Below are positions 41,201-53,497 of a stretch of 64,000 nt of DNA, in pieces. Source of the DNA: Bigelowiella natans CCMP2755 (taxonomy: Eukaryota; Protista; Cercozoa); NCBI GenBank assembly GCA_000320545.1, contig ADNK01002621.1, positions 1 to 64,000 of the forward strand, given 5' to 3'. How positions within the stretch are numbered: position 1 is the first letter of the stretch; each line of letters begins with the position of its first letter. The translations under genes were made by a program, and so were the position numbers. The notes beneath the pieces are model-generated. The model was not told the origin of the DNA. It did no database searches and saw only the letters and a list, made by a program, of their open reading frames with translations.

Positions 41201-44200
41201 CATTTTGGGGTCGCACACCTTTACAATACCTCGAGCTTTAATATTGACCCATCGTGAGGTATACAGAGTGCGGTTCTGTGGGCCAATGATTGAAAGCACC
41301 ATCGTGGGATAGTCAATACCGCACTCTTTGCATCGAAGGTTCGGCTTGTACAGACTGCCAGGACTTCTGCATGAATATTCGCGCGTCATCCTCGAGCCAA
41401 CAGGATAATACCCCACTTTACAATCGACGGTGCAGCTTGACCCCGAATCCAATATCTGACCTTCTAAGCAGCCTCCAGTGGCCGCACCTTTTACTCCAGG
41501 TTGAAACTCCCCGGGAAGCTCGCAAGTCACAGCCGGGCTTGTATCTGTTATAGCTATACACGACAGCGTTGGTGCCTCCAAAGTGCCTTCATGGCAATGG
41601 TATATACTTGTGCCTGAGGCCGAATAGTATCCACTCGCACATCCGACTTTGCAGAACGACCCACCCTCCAGCCGTGCTCCAGCAAAGCACTTAACGCTAC
41701 TGCCACCACTTGGTACTACATTGTTGGTGAAGAAGGATGGGAGCTGACATGAAGCCTCTTGGCACTTTAGCGCTGGCCTCAAGAGCCTACCTTCTACTGA
41801 GCAAACGAATTGGGATGGATTTATGTTTGTGGTTGTGGTGGGAACGTATCCTATGGCGCAGGATACTGTGCAGCTTGTTCCCCTCGATAGGTAGTTGTTC
41901 GATAAAGAGCCAGGGTCTGGGCAAGTATTATGTATAATGCCCCTGCCGTAGTACCGAGGCAGCTTGCAATCGGCTCGAGTGGGTTGACTTGTTGGAAGGC
42001 GAATGATTCGAGGTGAGGGAGCCTTTGTTGGAAGCCTTGATGGATAGCGTGTGGGACGGTGCGAGGGAGGAAGAGGGTCTGTGTTGGGTTGGCGCGTTGG
42101 AAAGCGTGTGGGGTATGGAGTTTGAAGGAATGTGGGCTGTCTCGTTGGCACAAGAGGAAGGTAGGTTGGCAGTTTAGTCGGAATAGGGTTTGGATACGGA
42201 GTTGGATATGATGATGATGATGAGGAAGGCGTTGGCCGAGATGTGGTTGGAACACCCGTGGAGATACCGGCACATTGAACAACAGGTGCAGGCGTGGGCT
42301 GAGAAGCAATGCCGATGGAACTGGTCGTCACCTTGAGCCGAGGCGGTTGACTTCCGCGACGGCTGTAACATTTGAAGCCTTTGTAGTCTGTATTCGGCTC
42401 AACCCAGAATGTGACCCACTGAGCTGATCGGGCCAGCGCACCGACCAGATGAGCCTTCACGTCAAATTCGAAGTAACGATTGGTGGCGTTGACCGCTAGT
42501 TCCGTGATCTTGCTTCCTTTCAAAGGGCTACTCGACCACGTTACTGATCCTTCGTTGATCGACGAGTCGCTTTGCGCAGCAAACACAGAAAACACGCCGC
42601 CGCCATTTTTTAACGTTACAGCATAAAGACGAAGCTGAGCCATCCGTACTTCGCCTCCCATTCCCAAGAAATGTGACACATTAAAGTTGAAGAGCCCCAC
42701 AATCTTGGCATTTGCATTACGGTACACCTCCACATTGGACCAGTCGCCTGTAGAGGTCGGAGAAGCCTCTCGAATCGATGCGTCGTTGTCGCACACATCT
42801 GAAACCGTCGAGATTGTTGCCCCTGCAGTGACGTACACAGATTTGGAAGTTCCCTGGCCACCGGCTGCATCAACCGCTACAGCTCGCAAGGCGTAAGACC
42901 CAGGCGATGGTGGACTCCAATCTACGGTGTATGGCGCTTGGGTGTCAACGCCAATCGACACACCACTTGCAAAAAACTCCACCCGTGACACAGTGCCGTC
43001 GCTGTCTTCTGCTGCTGCGGCAATGACAGCGCTTTGCCCAACCTGTAAGTTGGTGAGAGCGGCAGGCGAGATGATCAAGGCCGAGGGCAGACGATTCCCA
43101 ACAAACACATCTACTGTCAACGACGTAGCATTGTTGCCATCAGTATCCTTGGCGACCGCCTTGATTGAGTATGAACCATCTGGAGGAGTGAATCCAATAC
43201 GGAAAGGAGGAGGAGCTCGAGACACGCCAATAAGGCAATCGCCGGCGAAGAATAAAACCTTTTCGATGCCCCCAGGGCTTCCAATCTTTGAGCCAGAAGG
43301 ATCTGTGGCATTAGCATAGATCTCAATGTTCTGCCCCGAGATGAAACTGGTGCCGTTTGAGGGAGAGACAACGGAAATGGTGGGAAGGTGACTTTGATCC
43401 TGTATCCACAGAGACATGGAAGTGTCGATGAAGGTGGAGATACGAACAGCGTCAAAATAAAGCGTCCTCATATCTCGGATCTCTGTGTACATGCCAAACT
43501 TGATGTATCCTCTTGACGAGGAGCTCGCGAGGTTTCGTCCTAGGTGTTCAAAGGCAAGTTTGCCATTGAGCCAGACGCGGATGATGCCGCTACTTGACGT
43601 CGAAGACTTGTAGTACACCTTCACGTCTGTCCAAGCGTCTCGCTTTGCATAGCCAATAGGCGTTCCTTCGTCGGTCGGGCTCGTGAAGTACTCGCCCCTG
43701 AAAAACAACCTGTAGTCGCCCAAGTTGCTCATCCTCAGCGCAGCTGGGGGGTTGCCTCCTCCGACCTGCTTCCATTGCGAGATGACACATGAGTATCTGG
43801 AAACTTGGTCCCAAGTGAAATCAGGCCTGAAGCTCATCGTGTAGTAATATTCATCACCGGGGTAGAACTTGTACGCCTCAGCACTCGTATCTAACTCGGC
43901 ACGGTAGGCATAGTCGCTATTGGGGTAACTTCGGCCGTCCGCCTGCACTTTGAGCACATATCGTCCTTCTCTGGCCCAATCTACCTCAACGACCGAATGG
44001 TTGTGCAGTTTGCTAGGACCGATGTTAGTGCCACCTTTCCTCACCGAGCTATCTCCATTCTCTGAGTACGTTGGAGTCAGAGGTACAACAAGCCCCGATT
44101 CCACCGTCCCGCTTTCCCATGAGGCAGAGACTGCACGTCCCCCACCCTGGCTTCGTGTGTTGGGGGCGTGTGTGGGCTGGCGAGAAAGAGGAGAAGGGGG

Positions 44201-47065
44201 AGCTCCAGGGTCAAGTGTGGGTTGTAGGGCCGGTTGATTGGTGGGGTGCCTTGTAGGTTGTTGCGTAGGCAGAGGTTGTTTAGTCGGCTGCAGCGTTGGC
44301 ATTGGAGTTGGATTGGAAGGCGACCGGCTTGGATATGGAGTTGGAGCTTTTGTTGGTGAATGCGTTGGGAATGGAGTCGGATTTGATGGTACTCTGTTAG
44401 GATCGTAGAAGGATGGGTATTTAGTTGGCTGCTTTGTAGGCTGGCGGGTAGAGGGTGCCGGTGATGCAGCTGTAGGATACGCTGTCGGATAATTCGATGG
44501 GGAGGTAAGTGGGCTTACAGTTGCTGTTGGCGATGCTGTTAAGGCTGCTCCAAATAGAGCAGGAAATGATATTGAAGCACCAGCATAATAGCTTGTAGAG
44601 TGATTGTAGTATTCTGCCTGGGACGGATGGGGAAGGGGGACTTCCAACAGGGTCACAGAGCTAGTTGAACGTATCACAACCTTGCTGAGGGATTGCTTTG
44701 GCCACACACCCTGGAATGCGAATGGAATTGAGGCATCTTCGAAGATTTGAGGTAATGAGAAGCGTACGGTTAACTTCGGCAGTGGAGATGAAGAATAGCT
44801 GGGAACCAAAGGCCAGCCAGGAATCTGACTCAGCGTGCGGTTGGCGAGTGCAACAGTCAAGTTCCACTTAGATTCGGTTGAAGGGCGCCTGAGTTGCAGT
44901 AGAACAGCCTGCTCTGCGATGACATCAATGTTAGAGCCACCTGGGCCGATAGGTAGCGTGATTGATGTCTGAGGCTTATAGAACGCTGCCTGGATGCTTT
45001 TTGGTCTGCGAAAAGACCCCTCTCGATAATCTACAACCACTTGTGCGTGCTCATCGTTGCGGAGGACTACAATACCCGTTGAGGTAAATAGTGTCTTTGC
45101 AAGGTCTCCTATCTCATTGGGATTCTTGGATGGGACTACGGCGTACTTATATTCTGCATCGGAGGGGTTCGCACCGTGGTCAATAACGATTAGCATGATG
45201 TAGTCTGAGTTTTCGTACTCTCCACCACTCACCCACCTTCTCTTCTCTCCCCAGCTACGGCTTGACTTGGCGCTGCTATCTGTAGCCACCACATCACTGT
45301 AGCCGCATCTGAGCTCCAAATTTATAGCTTGATTGGAAAATGGGTTTGATATTATGTATCCAACACCAGCTTGGTGGATCCACGCAGCCTGCAACGGCTG
45401 GATAGCGATCGATGTTGTGCAGCCATTACTTGTGGAGAAGGGAATTACGGTCGCAGCCGAAGGAGATGTAGCTGAAACTTTGTATGTTATTTCCCCACGC
45501 CACCGCGTTTGGTCAACCGTCGTAACGATTGGCCTACCCTGCCCTGCCTTAATTCTGTTTATGGAGTTGCCCAATAGGACAGCCCCAAAGTCCATGAAGA
45601 AGAAACCCTTGTTGGCTGTAGCTGTGTTGTAATCTTCAGTCTCCTGCAAGCTTTGGCTGTACCGAAAGGCAGAAATTCCTATCTCCCCATCAGAGACGGT
45701 GCCGGCAAATGAATTTCCTCCACACCGATATCCTTTCTTTGGAATATTATCTGTCCGCCATTCCTCAGTGACTCCTAGTTGAAGTATGTGGTTGGTGTGA
45801 GAAGAGAATAAGTGAAATAATGGTGATGATGATGATGATGATGATGATAAGAAGGATGAGGAGAAGGAGGAGGATGGGGAGGGGTTTGGAAAGTACAAAA
45901 ACAACGGTGAATCGGTGGGTGTGGTTGATACCCGGGAGCACGTGCCAATCCATTCTGGCCCTTATCATATCATATTCATCCCCGTAAACCTTGACCTGGA
46001 AGAGCCCCGACCCCATATGCCATGACTTGCCTGGTGACTCAAAATCCTCTGCTCCTTGTGCCATATTCGATCGCATCCTCACAGACATATACCAGCCATT
46101 CACTCGGTGTACCATTGCATTGACATTCCAAAAAGCTGTGTTTCCGTTCCTTGCTGGTTGTGGTCCCTCGGATGACGAAGTACTTGCTCTTAAAGCCTCA
46201 AGTACAGTTTCTCCACAAGTGGAGGATATCTCAGCGGCAAAATAGTCAACAATGATATCAACGGCTTCCCTAAATATCCTACTCCAAAATTCAAACATGA
46301 AGTCGGAAAAGTAGCTCCGTCCGCTAAACCCAAAATCAAGGTGCCCTTTGAAGACGATCTTTGGGTATGTATACACGAGAAATTTGGCTGGTGTCTCGAA
46401 CCAAGATGCCGGAAAAGCGTAGCGGGTTTGTCGGACGATCTTGGCCACCTTGAATTTGTTTGTGTGAGTGTGCGCGTGTGTGCGTGTGTGCATGTGTGTG
46501 TGTGCGCGTGTGTGCGTGTGCGCGTGCGAATGTGAAAAGGTTTTTAAAAAAATAATGGCAAAACATTGGATGTTGCGACACCTTGAGAGGATCGTTGAGC
46601 CATTCAAATCCATAGGCCCATAAAGCACTATCCTGGCAATTATCACAGTGGTGCGAAATCATGCCATCCGGCAAAAATCCGGACATGAACATCATTTTTG
46701 GCCTAGTATAAACGTCTAGCAAAAGAGAACGGACATCTTCGAAAACACCTGTTCGAAAACAAAGTATTTGTTGTGAGTGAAACAACGTGACGGTTAAAGA
46801 TGGTGCCTTGCCTTGCGGTGTTGGAAGAGCATGAATGAAAGCAAAGTTTGAGGTTATTGATTTCCCAGAGGAAAAGGATCTTGAATCGGTGTAGTCCAAT
46901 GAAAAGTTGTAACTATTGGAGTACCTGTGTATTTTATGCGTGTATCGATCTATGTAATCATAATTCGACACTTTATCACGACTTTATGTACGAACACAAA
47001 TATACTTACTAATCTGATTTCATGTAGTGAGTGGTGAATGTTTTGCGTGCGTATGTATTGGATCT

Positions 47066-47145
<80 letters not shown>

Positions 47146-48205
47146 ATGCGTGCGTGCGTGCATGTGTTGGTAGCGGAATATTTGGCAAAAACGACTGCAA
47201 GAACCAGCTAAAGTTCTTCGAATATCGCTACTAACACACATAAAATAGCAGATGCCATCGTAGCTCGCTTACCAATATGGCATGTAGCTGAATGGTTTGT
47301 TGTAGTCTTGCCATATTCCCATAAGTGCCACCCATCCTCGAAGCCGATGAGCTTGATTCGCGTCCTGCCAAAGGCCTGTGCTGTAGTTAGCATTTAGCAA
47401 GTCGCCCCAGCGGCCTTTAAGATACCCAAGCCATCGACGCCTGGGTGTAACGCAGAACCTGTTTGAACACGCACACAAGCATACTATCACAATATGATCC
47501 CAACGAAGCTTGTTCCGGGGAAAGAAACGCCCCTCTCCAACCCCTCTCTCATCTTCTTGAGGGTGGTGCATTTGTGGTCAAAAGCATTGTTCTCTTACTG
47601 CGTGGAGAGGAGACGATCTACGCCACTTTCAAACACCGATGCGATCTCCTTGTCAGCGCCTTGAGCTCGAATTTCCGCCCTCGCCCATTTCGACACCAGT
47701 AATGCAGGCAACCCGAGAGGATCCGTCAGGTCCCACTGGTGTGTAACCTGGTTGTGCGATAGCGTGTTTCTATTATAATCTACATACCCCTCGCACCGAA
47801 GGTTCTTGCGCGAGTCTTGAAGTAATGCGAATTCAGAGGGTGTCCACAAGTCACTCACGTCCACCGGTATAGCGGGTGCAAGCGCTCCGATCGAGCTCGC
47901 GATTGAGACAAGCAGCCGGCTCCTCGTTGCATTGTCAAGGCTATTAACCCTGCCGGTGTACGCGTAACCGAGCTTACCGATGTCCTCAGTCGCGCCCTGC
48001 CACTTTGAGTACAGACTACTGCTGCTGCGCCTCTGTGTTGGGGTCCATGTGTACATCGGCAGGTTCTTCAGCTGCCCTGCATTTGACTCGATATAGTTCA
48101 TTTCTGATAGAACCTGTAGAATATAGCAAATGAAATTTGTGCGCGTATACATGCATACACATGCCCCCCCTCCCCCTCCCCACTACGAACATGGATGGAG
48201 AAGGA

Positions 48206-48245
<40 letters not shown>

Positions 48246-48834
48246 CCCTTACGAATGTTATATCTTTGGTGTACTCTAAATTAATCCACCCTTCTTTCCC
48301 CTAATATCCATTTTCCCTGCTCCGCATAGATATACAAACCTGTGAGTCGCTGAAGGAGCCTCTTCCATAGGTCCGGGGTTCGGTGTATAGATATTCTAGG
48401 ATCCGACGGGACACGATTTCTTGTAGCGTCTGCTCCACTACCCTTATCTCAAATTCCACGGGGCATTCCCCCCCTCCACCTCCTATAGATCGAAGCTCTG
48501 CCCTCAGCGTGTACACCACCCCAACCTCCCCGGATGTGTTTTGGGGTGCCACTCTCAGAGCACCGAACAGCCTCCCTGCCTTGTCTCTTTCGTTAACCAC
48601 CTCGAACCGCCGCCCCGCACTCTCAATTAATACGTACTCTGTCCCATTCATAGACGATGAAGAGGAGGAGGAGACGAGACGGTTGGCAAGCGGATTGAGA
48701 CGGCCATGGACATATGTCCCTGCACTACTCCCAGCAGCTATGTCGAAGTAGCCTGCGAGAGTGTGCTGCGCATCGGGACAGAGGACAGAAGAGGCGGATA
48801 TAAGGGGAATGCAAAGGAAGACTAATTGCAGCAT
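38288..48834 (-). CDS. Giant type-I membrane protein: signal, cadherin/Ig-like, PL8-like lyase, PT repeats, second (jelly-roll) polysaccharide lyase, 2x bacterial Ig, DNRLRE-like, PT repeats, sushi-like repeats, PKD/REJ, GAIN/GPS, one TM, cytoplasmic tail
   Basis: Signal MLQLVFLCIPLISAS (48834; an upstream in-frame ATG lies at 48978). PL8-like GFLPDGMISHH..AYG, SGRSY, WYMSVRMRS, SWHMGSG..GDEY..MDWHVLPG, NSFAGTVSDG, ANKGFFF, TTVDQ and IDHG. Second lyase YRAEL..VISQWK..YIKFGMY. REJ IRGGDR..LDGSTSKDP and FSCSGWSD. GPS CRYFD..AWSTTGC..CRCTHLTAFS. TM LLALPIIIVMVAVAVMLCGGIYWYL. The final exon is 45774-38288. Confidence 0.85.
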
Positions 48835-49154
48835 TTGGCAATTGTTGCTCCCGTGTGTGCAGCGTGTGTCCCTTTTGAGTTGCCTGCCTCCAGGGTGTCC
48901 AGCTGTTGTTCCCTTTGAGTTCCCCCCCCTCGGAGTTGTAATGATTGTATTAAGATGCGTTCCACGCAAATCCGGCATAACGTTGCCGTTTTTCGGGGGA
49001 TCCCGGGGAAGGAAAATTCAGACGCCCCAACATTTTTGTGGTCGGTCAAACTCACACAGTGCTACCCAAAAACAACCTCATTTGGTTTGCATGCGACAAG
49101 AACGAAAAACTATAATGTTTCTCTTTTCGTCGTCCATGAATCGGTGACCACGTC

Positions 49155-49208
49155 TAGATCTACGAGTACTCGTAGATCTATGTAGATCTACAGGCCTGTA
49201 GATCTACA
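49155..49208. repeat. Two abutting perfect palindromes built from TAGATCTA
   Basis: tagatctacgagtactcgtagatcta (49155-49180) and tgtagatctacaggcctgtagatctaca (49181-49208). Confidence 0.9.
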
Positions 49209-49368
49209 GCAGAATGGCACAGAGCTTAAACATGTAACGGCCCGTGGCTCGTGGCTGATTTAAGGTGTTTCGTAACTTTACTATGTAAGATCAAAGTTGC
49301 CACAAGTTGCCATAGGCCATAATAGACCTACGACATCCAGTGCGACTAGATCTAATTTCAAGACGAAA

Positions 49369-50619
49369 ATGTCCAGTCGTTTGATGCTAATCCGCTGCGT
49401 TTTTCCTCTCCGTTGGAAGGTGCCGAGTAGTCCCTCTTTTTAAAGACTGATACACACCCACGTGCACACGTATACAGCGTTGTAAAATTATGATGATGAT
49501 AGCGGTACGTCCCATCACCGTCTTCAAGAACAGCCTGCTGGTGCTCGCGATCCTACCTTCTATTTTATTCTCCACGATCTACTGCGAGGCTTCAAGACTC
49601 TCCTCAAACTCAAAATTCTCGGTGTGTGGTGTTCCATTGATAGAAGAGTACGATTGATGAGCTGATACTTGTTTTTCTATCATGAAGGCTGCGGCACCAT
49701 CGTTCCTTTTGAAGCGTGGATCCAGTCGGGGAATATTTCCTAGATTACAACAATCAATCAGTATAGGAAAAAGCTCACCATTCCATAGTCGCCGCAACCT
49801 GCTACCACCGGTGTTAGCGTATAACGACGTTTTCGAGGAAGTTCTTTTCGTTGAGTGCGGGTAACATTCGCCATTACAACCAAGCCATGACATCTGAATG
49901 ACATTACGCGAAGATGTATCATTTTACGTGTTTTAGATACTAGGAGTTGATTTTATGACCTTGACTTCATAGATGTTCTCCCATTTAGGTTCGGGTGTGA
50001 CCAACATGGGCAGGTACAGATACGACTTCCAGTTGTAGTATGGTGTGGAAAGAGTAATGGCAATAACCCTAATACTGTTTGTATAATGAGACGAGTATTG
50101 TTCTCTTAGCAGAGATTGATTGCCAACGTCATCTTCATCATTTCACCCAGAATGCGACGAAGGCTGCAGTCAGAGCGTGCAGAAATGCCATTGAATTCAA
50201 TAGCTTACCAGGGATTCGAAAAGTTATCCCAGGAGGGAAAGACAACATGAAGCTTCAAGTATCCGTGCAATTAAATACTGTTTTAAGATTACCATAAACA
50301 ATAAGGGACTACCTGCCCATCTAGTATTGATTTCAGGCCTAAAATAGGAGTTTGATTTGCGTCAGCATTCTCTTCCACTTCCTTTAAAATATAACTTTGA
50401 GGTATTATCTAAACAAATTTAATATATTAGGTGCAACTTGGAGTACCAGTTGACGCGGATGAAGTTGATTTAGAACAAGTTGCGAAGGTCTTTCCTTACG
50501 GAAAACTACAACCAATTATCGTAAGGCCTCATATTTGCAGATAATGCAATCATCAATCAATAATACTTAATCCCCACGTATGATACATGGAAGCAATGTA
50601 CTCTTATGAAAAATTTATA

Positions 50620-50667
<48 letters not shown>

Positions 50668-50687
50668 GATATTGTATGTGTGTGTTT

Positions 50688-50730
<43 letters not shown>

Positions 50731-51034
50731 CATTTATAAATTTAAGTGTTTTTAGAATTTTTTTTGCTTTCACAGTATCCATTATATAATAACTCTTTCT
50801 ACTATTTGAATTAAAATTTTTCATTAGGTTGAAAAGGGAGGACTTATAGGTAAAAGTGGTATCGCTCTTGCAGAACTAGGTCGTATTGATTGCTAACAAG
50901 AAACTACTGTAGTCTATCGTTACCTATATCGTATTTCCACGTCTTTTGTTTTGTTCTAATTCCTTGCGATAACATCAGGAGATAAAAACGAAGATATGAT
51001 CATTGTGGTTGCTTGTATCAGTGTTGGATATTGA
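49369..51034 (+). CDS. Lin0512-family protein with long N-terminal targeting leader
   Basis: LFVECGFGCDQHGQNATKAAVRACRNAIEFNSLPG, VQLGVP..VDLEQVAKVFPYG, VEKGGL and IIVVACISVGY*. Upstream exons encode a hydrophobic segment and a Ser/Arg-rich leader. Confidence 0.8.
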
Positions 51035-51197
51035 GCTCGCCAAGTCCTCATATCTATGAAAATCTGTAACAGTTATGTCTAAAGTAAAAATAATCTGTTT
51101 GCACACACGCAGTACCCTAATGAGCCTGACCATATAATCATCATGCACTATGCCTTGCGCGGATGATATGTGAATCACTGCACACGTATACGACTAG

Positions 51198-51241
<44 letters not shown>

Positions 51242-52083
51242 TGTATGCATGTGCACTATGTACATTGTGAATCTATAGTACCGACAACAGCAGGTCGCTG
51301 CATGCGATGTCTCGATGTCTGCGAGCATTGCAATGTCTAGATGTGCTTGTTCCTTGTCTTATTAGATTATGAGACTGATTTAATTAATGTGTTCGATTTT
51401 TTCAATAATGCTAGAATGATCATCATAATTTGTGATCCTAATGTAGGCGTACAAAGCAATCTAGCAATGGCGCACTTTGCACAACATTGTTTTGCTGCAC
51501 ATTGATCATGTCATTGTGACTACGGCTACAGCGTTGATGCTTTGTGTCACATTGTGCTACACATACATTGGTCATGCTAGCATGTTGTTGCGACAGATGT
51601 AGTGGAGCCACACTTCGAATAGCGAATCGATGCACCATTGCGTTGTAGGCACGCATCCATACTAGCATAGCGCATGCTCTGGTTCTTGTATGATTTGCGA
51701 TGCAAGCCCGCATGTTTTTTCTAACAAATCTCTTCACATTTGTTTCATTTGTAGATAACAGCTCTAGAGCTAAGCCGGCTAGCCGGGTAGCTTGTTGCCT
51801 ATGCCCTGCTAGCTATCAGTACAATCAGCTAACTTCATAAACCGCAGCTCAAGAATCATTGCTACGCCACCTCGATGTTCTAGATGTTCTGTATGGGATG
51901 CAAGGAAATACATGGTTTGCAATGCTTCTAGGAACAACATATTCAGGGTTGCTCTACAATGTATAGGTCAGGTAGCACCACATCAACAAAATTGGTTCGC
52001 AACTCGAGCACAATTTCAGGCTTCTCGCGTTCTATAGAGCGCTTATGATAATGAAGACTAGTTGTTGAGATTAATGCCTTTTG

Positions 52084-52341
52084 CTATTCAATGCCCCCTC
52101 TCCATTCTCCTACTACTTCTTTTGCGTCGCCCCTCTTTTGACGTAGAAAAGTAGGTATGCATCCGAGGTCCTCACTTTCTCAGGGGACATCCGTGATACA
52201 GAGGAATCGTTTAAAGTGTACCATTTCTGCTCATAATAAATATATTCACCCAAAAGCAGCAGTAACCACCATTAGTTGTGAGGACATAGGACGTCGATCA
52301 ATCGGATAACGTCTAGAAGTCCTACTCACACGACTATGTGG

Positions 52342-52378
<37 letters not shown>

Positions 52379-53428
52379 GAGATTACCTTATCAATGAGGT
52401 TCTTGGCGTATGCCCAGTAATGGCCTCCTCCTAAGCCTCCGCCGTGGCACGATACAGCAAAAAGATCGTAAGTCGAGTCCTTTTTCTGAGCTTCACATCT
52501 CGTCCACGGGGACATGTCAAGCCCCTCAAGGGGATATTCCACATACGTTTCGATTTTGCTGCGATAATGCCTCGTATATTGAAATCGCTTCAACTGAAAA
52601 ACAAGATAAAGGGGAGGGAAGAAGAATAAAGAAGAGAAATAAAGAAGAAGAGGATTTTTTTTTGGTATTTTTACGAGCAGGAAGACACAAAGAGGTAGCT
52701 ACATTACAAAGGAAATCGGTAGTTCCTTGATAATTTACGCGACGATTTAACAACCATTATTACTCAATTTCATTCCTCCTCCTCCTCCTCCTCCTCCTCC
52801 TCCTCCTCCCCTCCTTCCCCCTTCCACCACCACCACCACCACCTGTATGATAAGGATATTCGGTAGCCGCCACAAGTCGAGTTTTTTCTTTCCTCGACCC
52901 TCATGTCCGCACTGAGAATTGATTACATAACATCGATTATGGAGTACAGAAGAAGAGGAGGAGGAGAAGGAGGAGGAGATTTTGTCAAATGATCGCCATA
53001 GCAACCACTACTCACTGTCGTATAGTTTGTTTCTAGAAGACTGTAGCGTAATGTACATTAAAAGGAAGCAAGCAATTGTGCAGAGGTAGATTGGCGAATA
53101 GCACGATAAATATTGCTAATCAGAGCATCCTCCTTCTTCTTCTTCTTCTTATGATGTTCTTCTTACATGGTCGCATTTATATTCGTTGCCTGCGCTAAGA
53201 AGTTCCTCCTTTGTGAAACCTCTCAGACATCCTTCCAGCGTCACTACCTCGCCCCCCGATCCTCCACCGGAGGACTGCAAAGACTTGTCTTTCTTAATCT
53301 GAATTTGTAGAACAACGACGATGTTATGAATACACACAAGAAATAGAGGTGGGTGAAGGACAGAATTAATAAAGTAGACGAGTTACTGCTCTAAAAAGAG
53401 GAAGAGGAGGGGGAGGAGGAAGATGTGG

Positions 53429-53462
<34 letters not shown>

Positions 53463-53463
53463 C

Positions 53464-53497
<34 letters not shown>

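Noticed and set aside
41960-44530. PT/PTxxPT repeats as a DNA repeat array
   Set aside because: They are degenerate protein-level linker repeats inside the large CDS.
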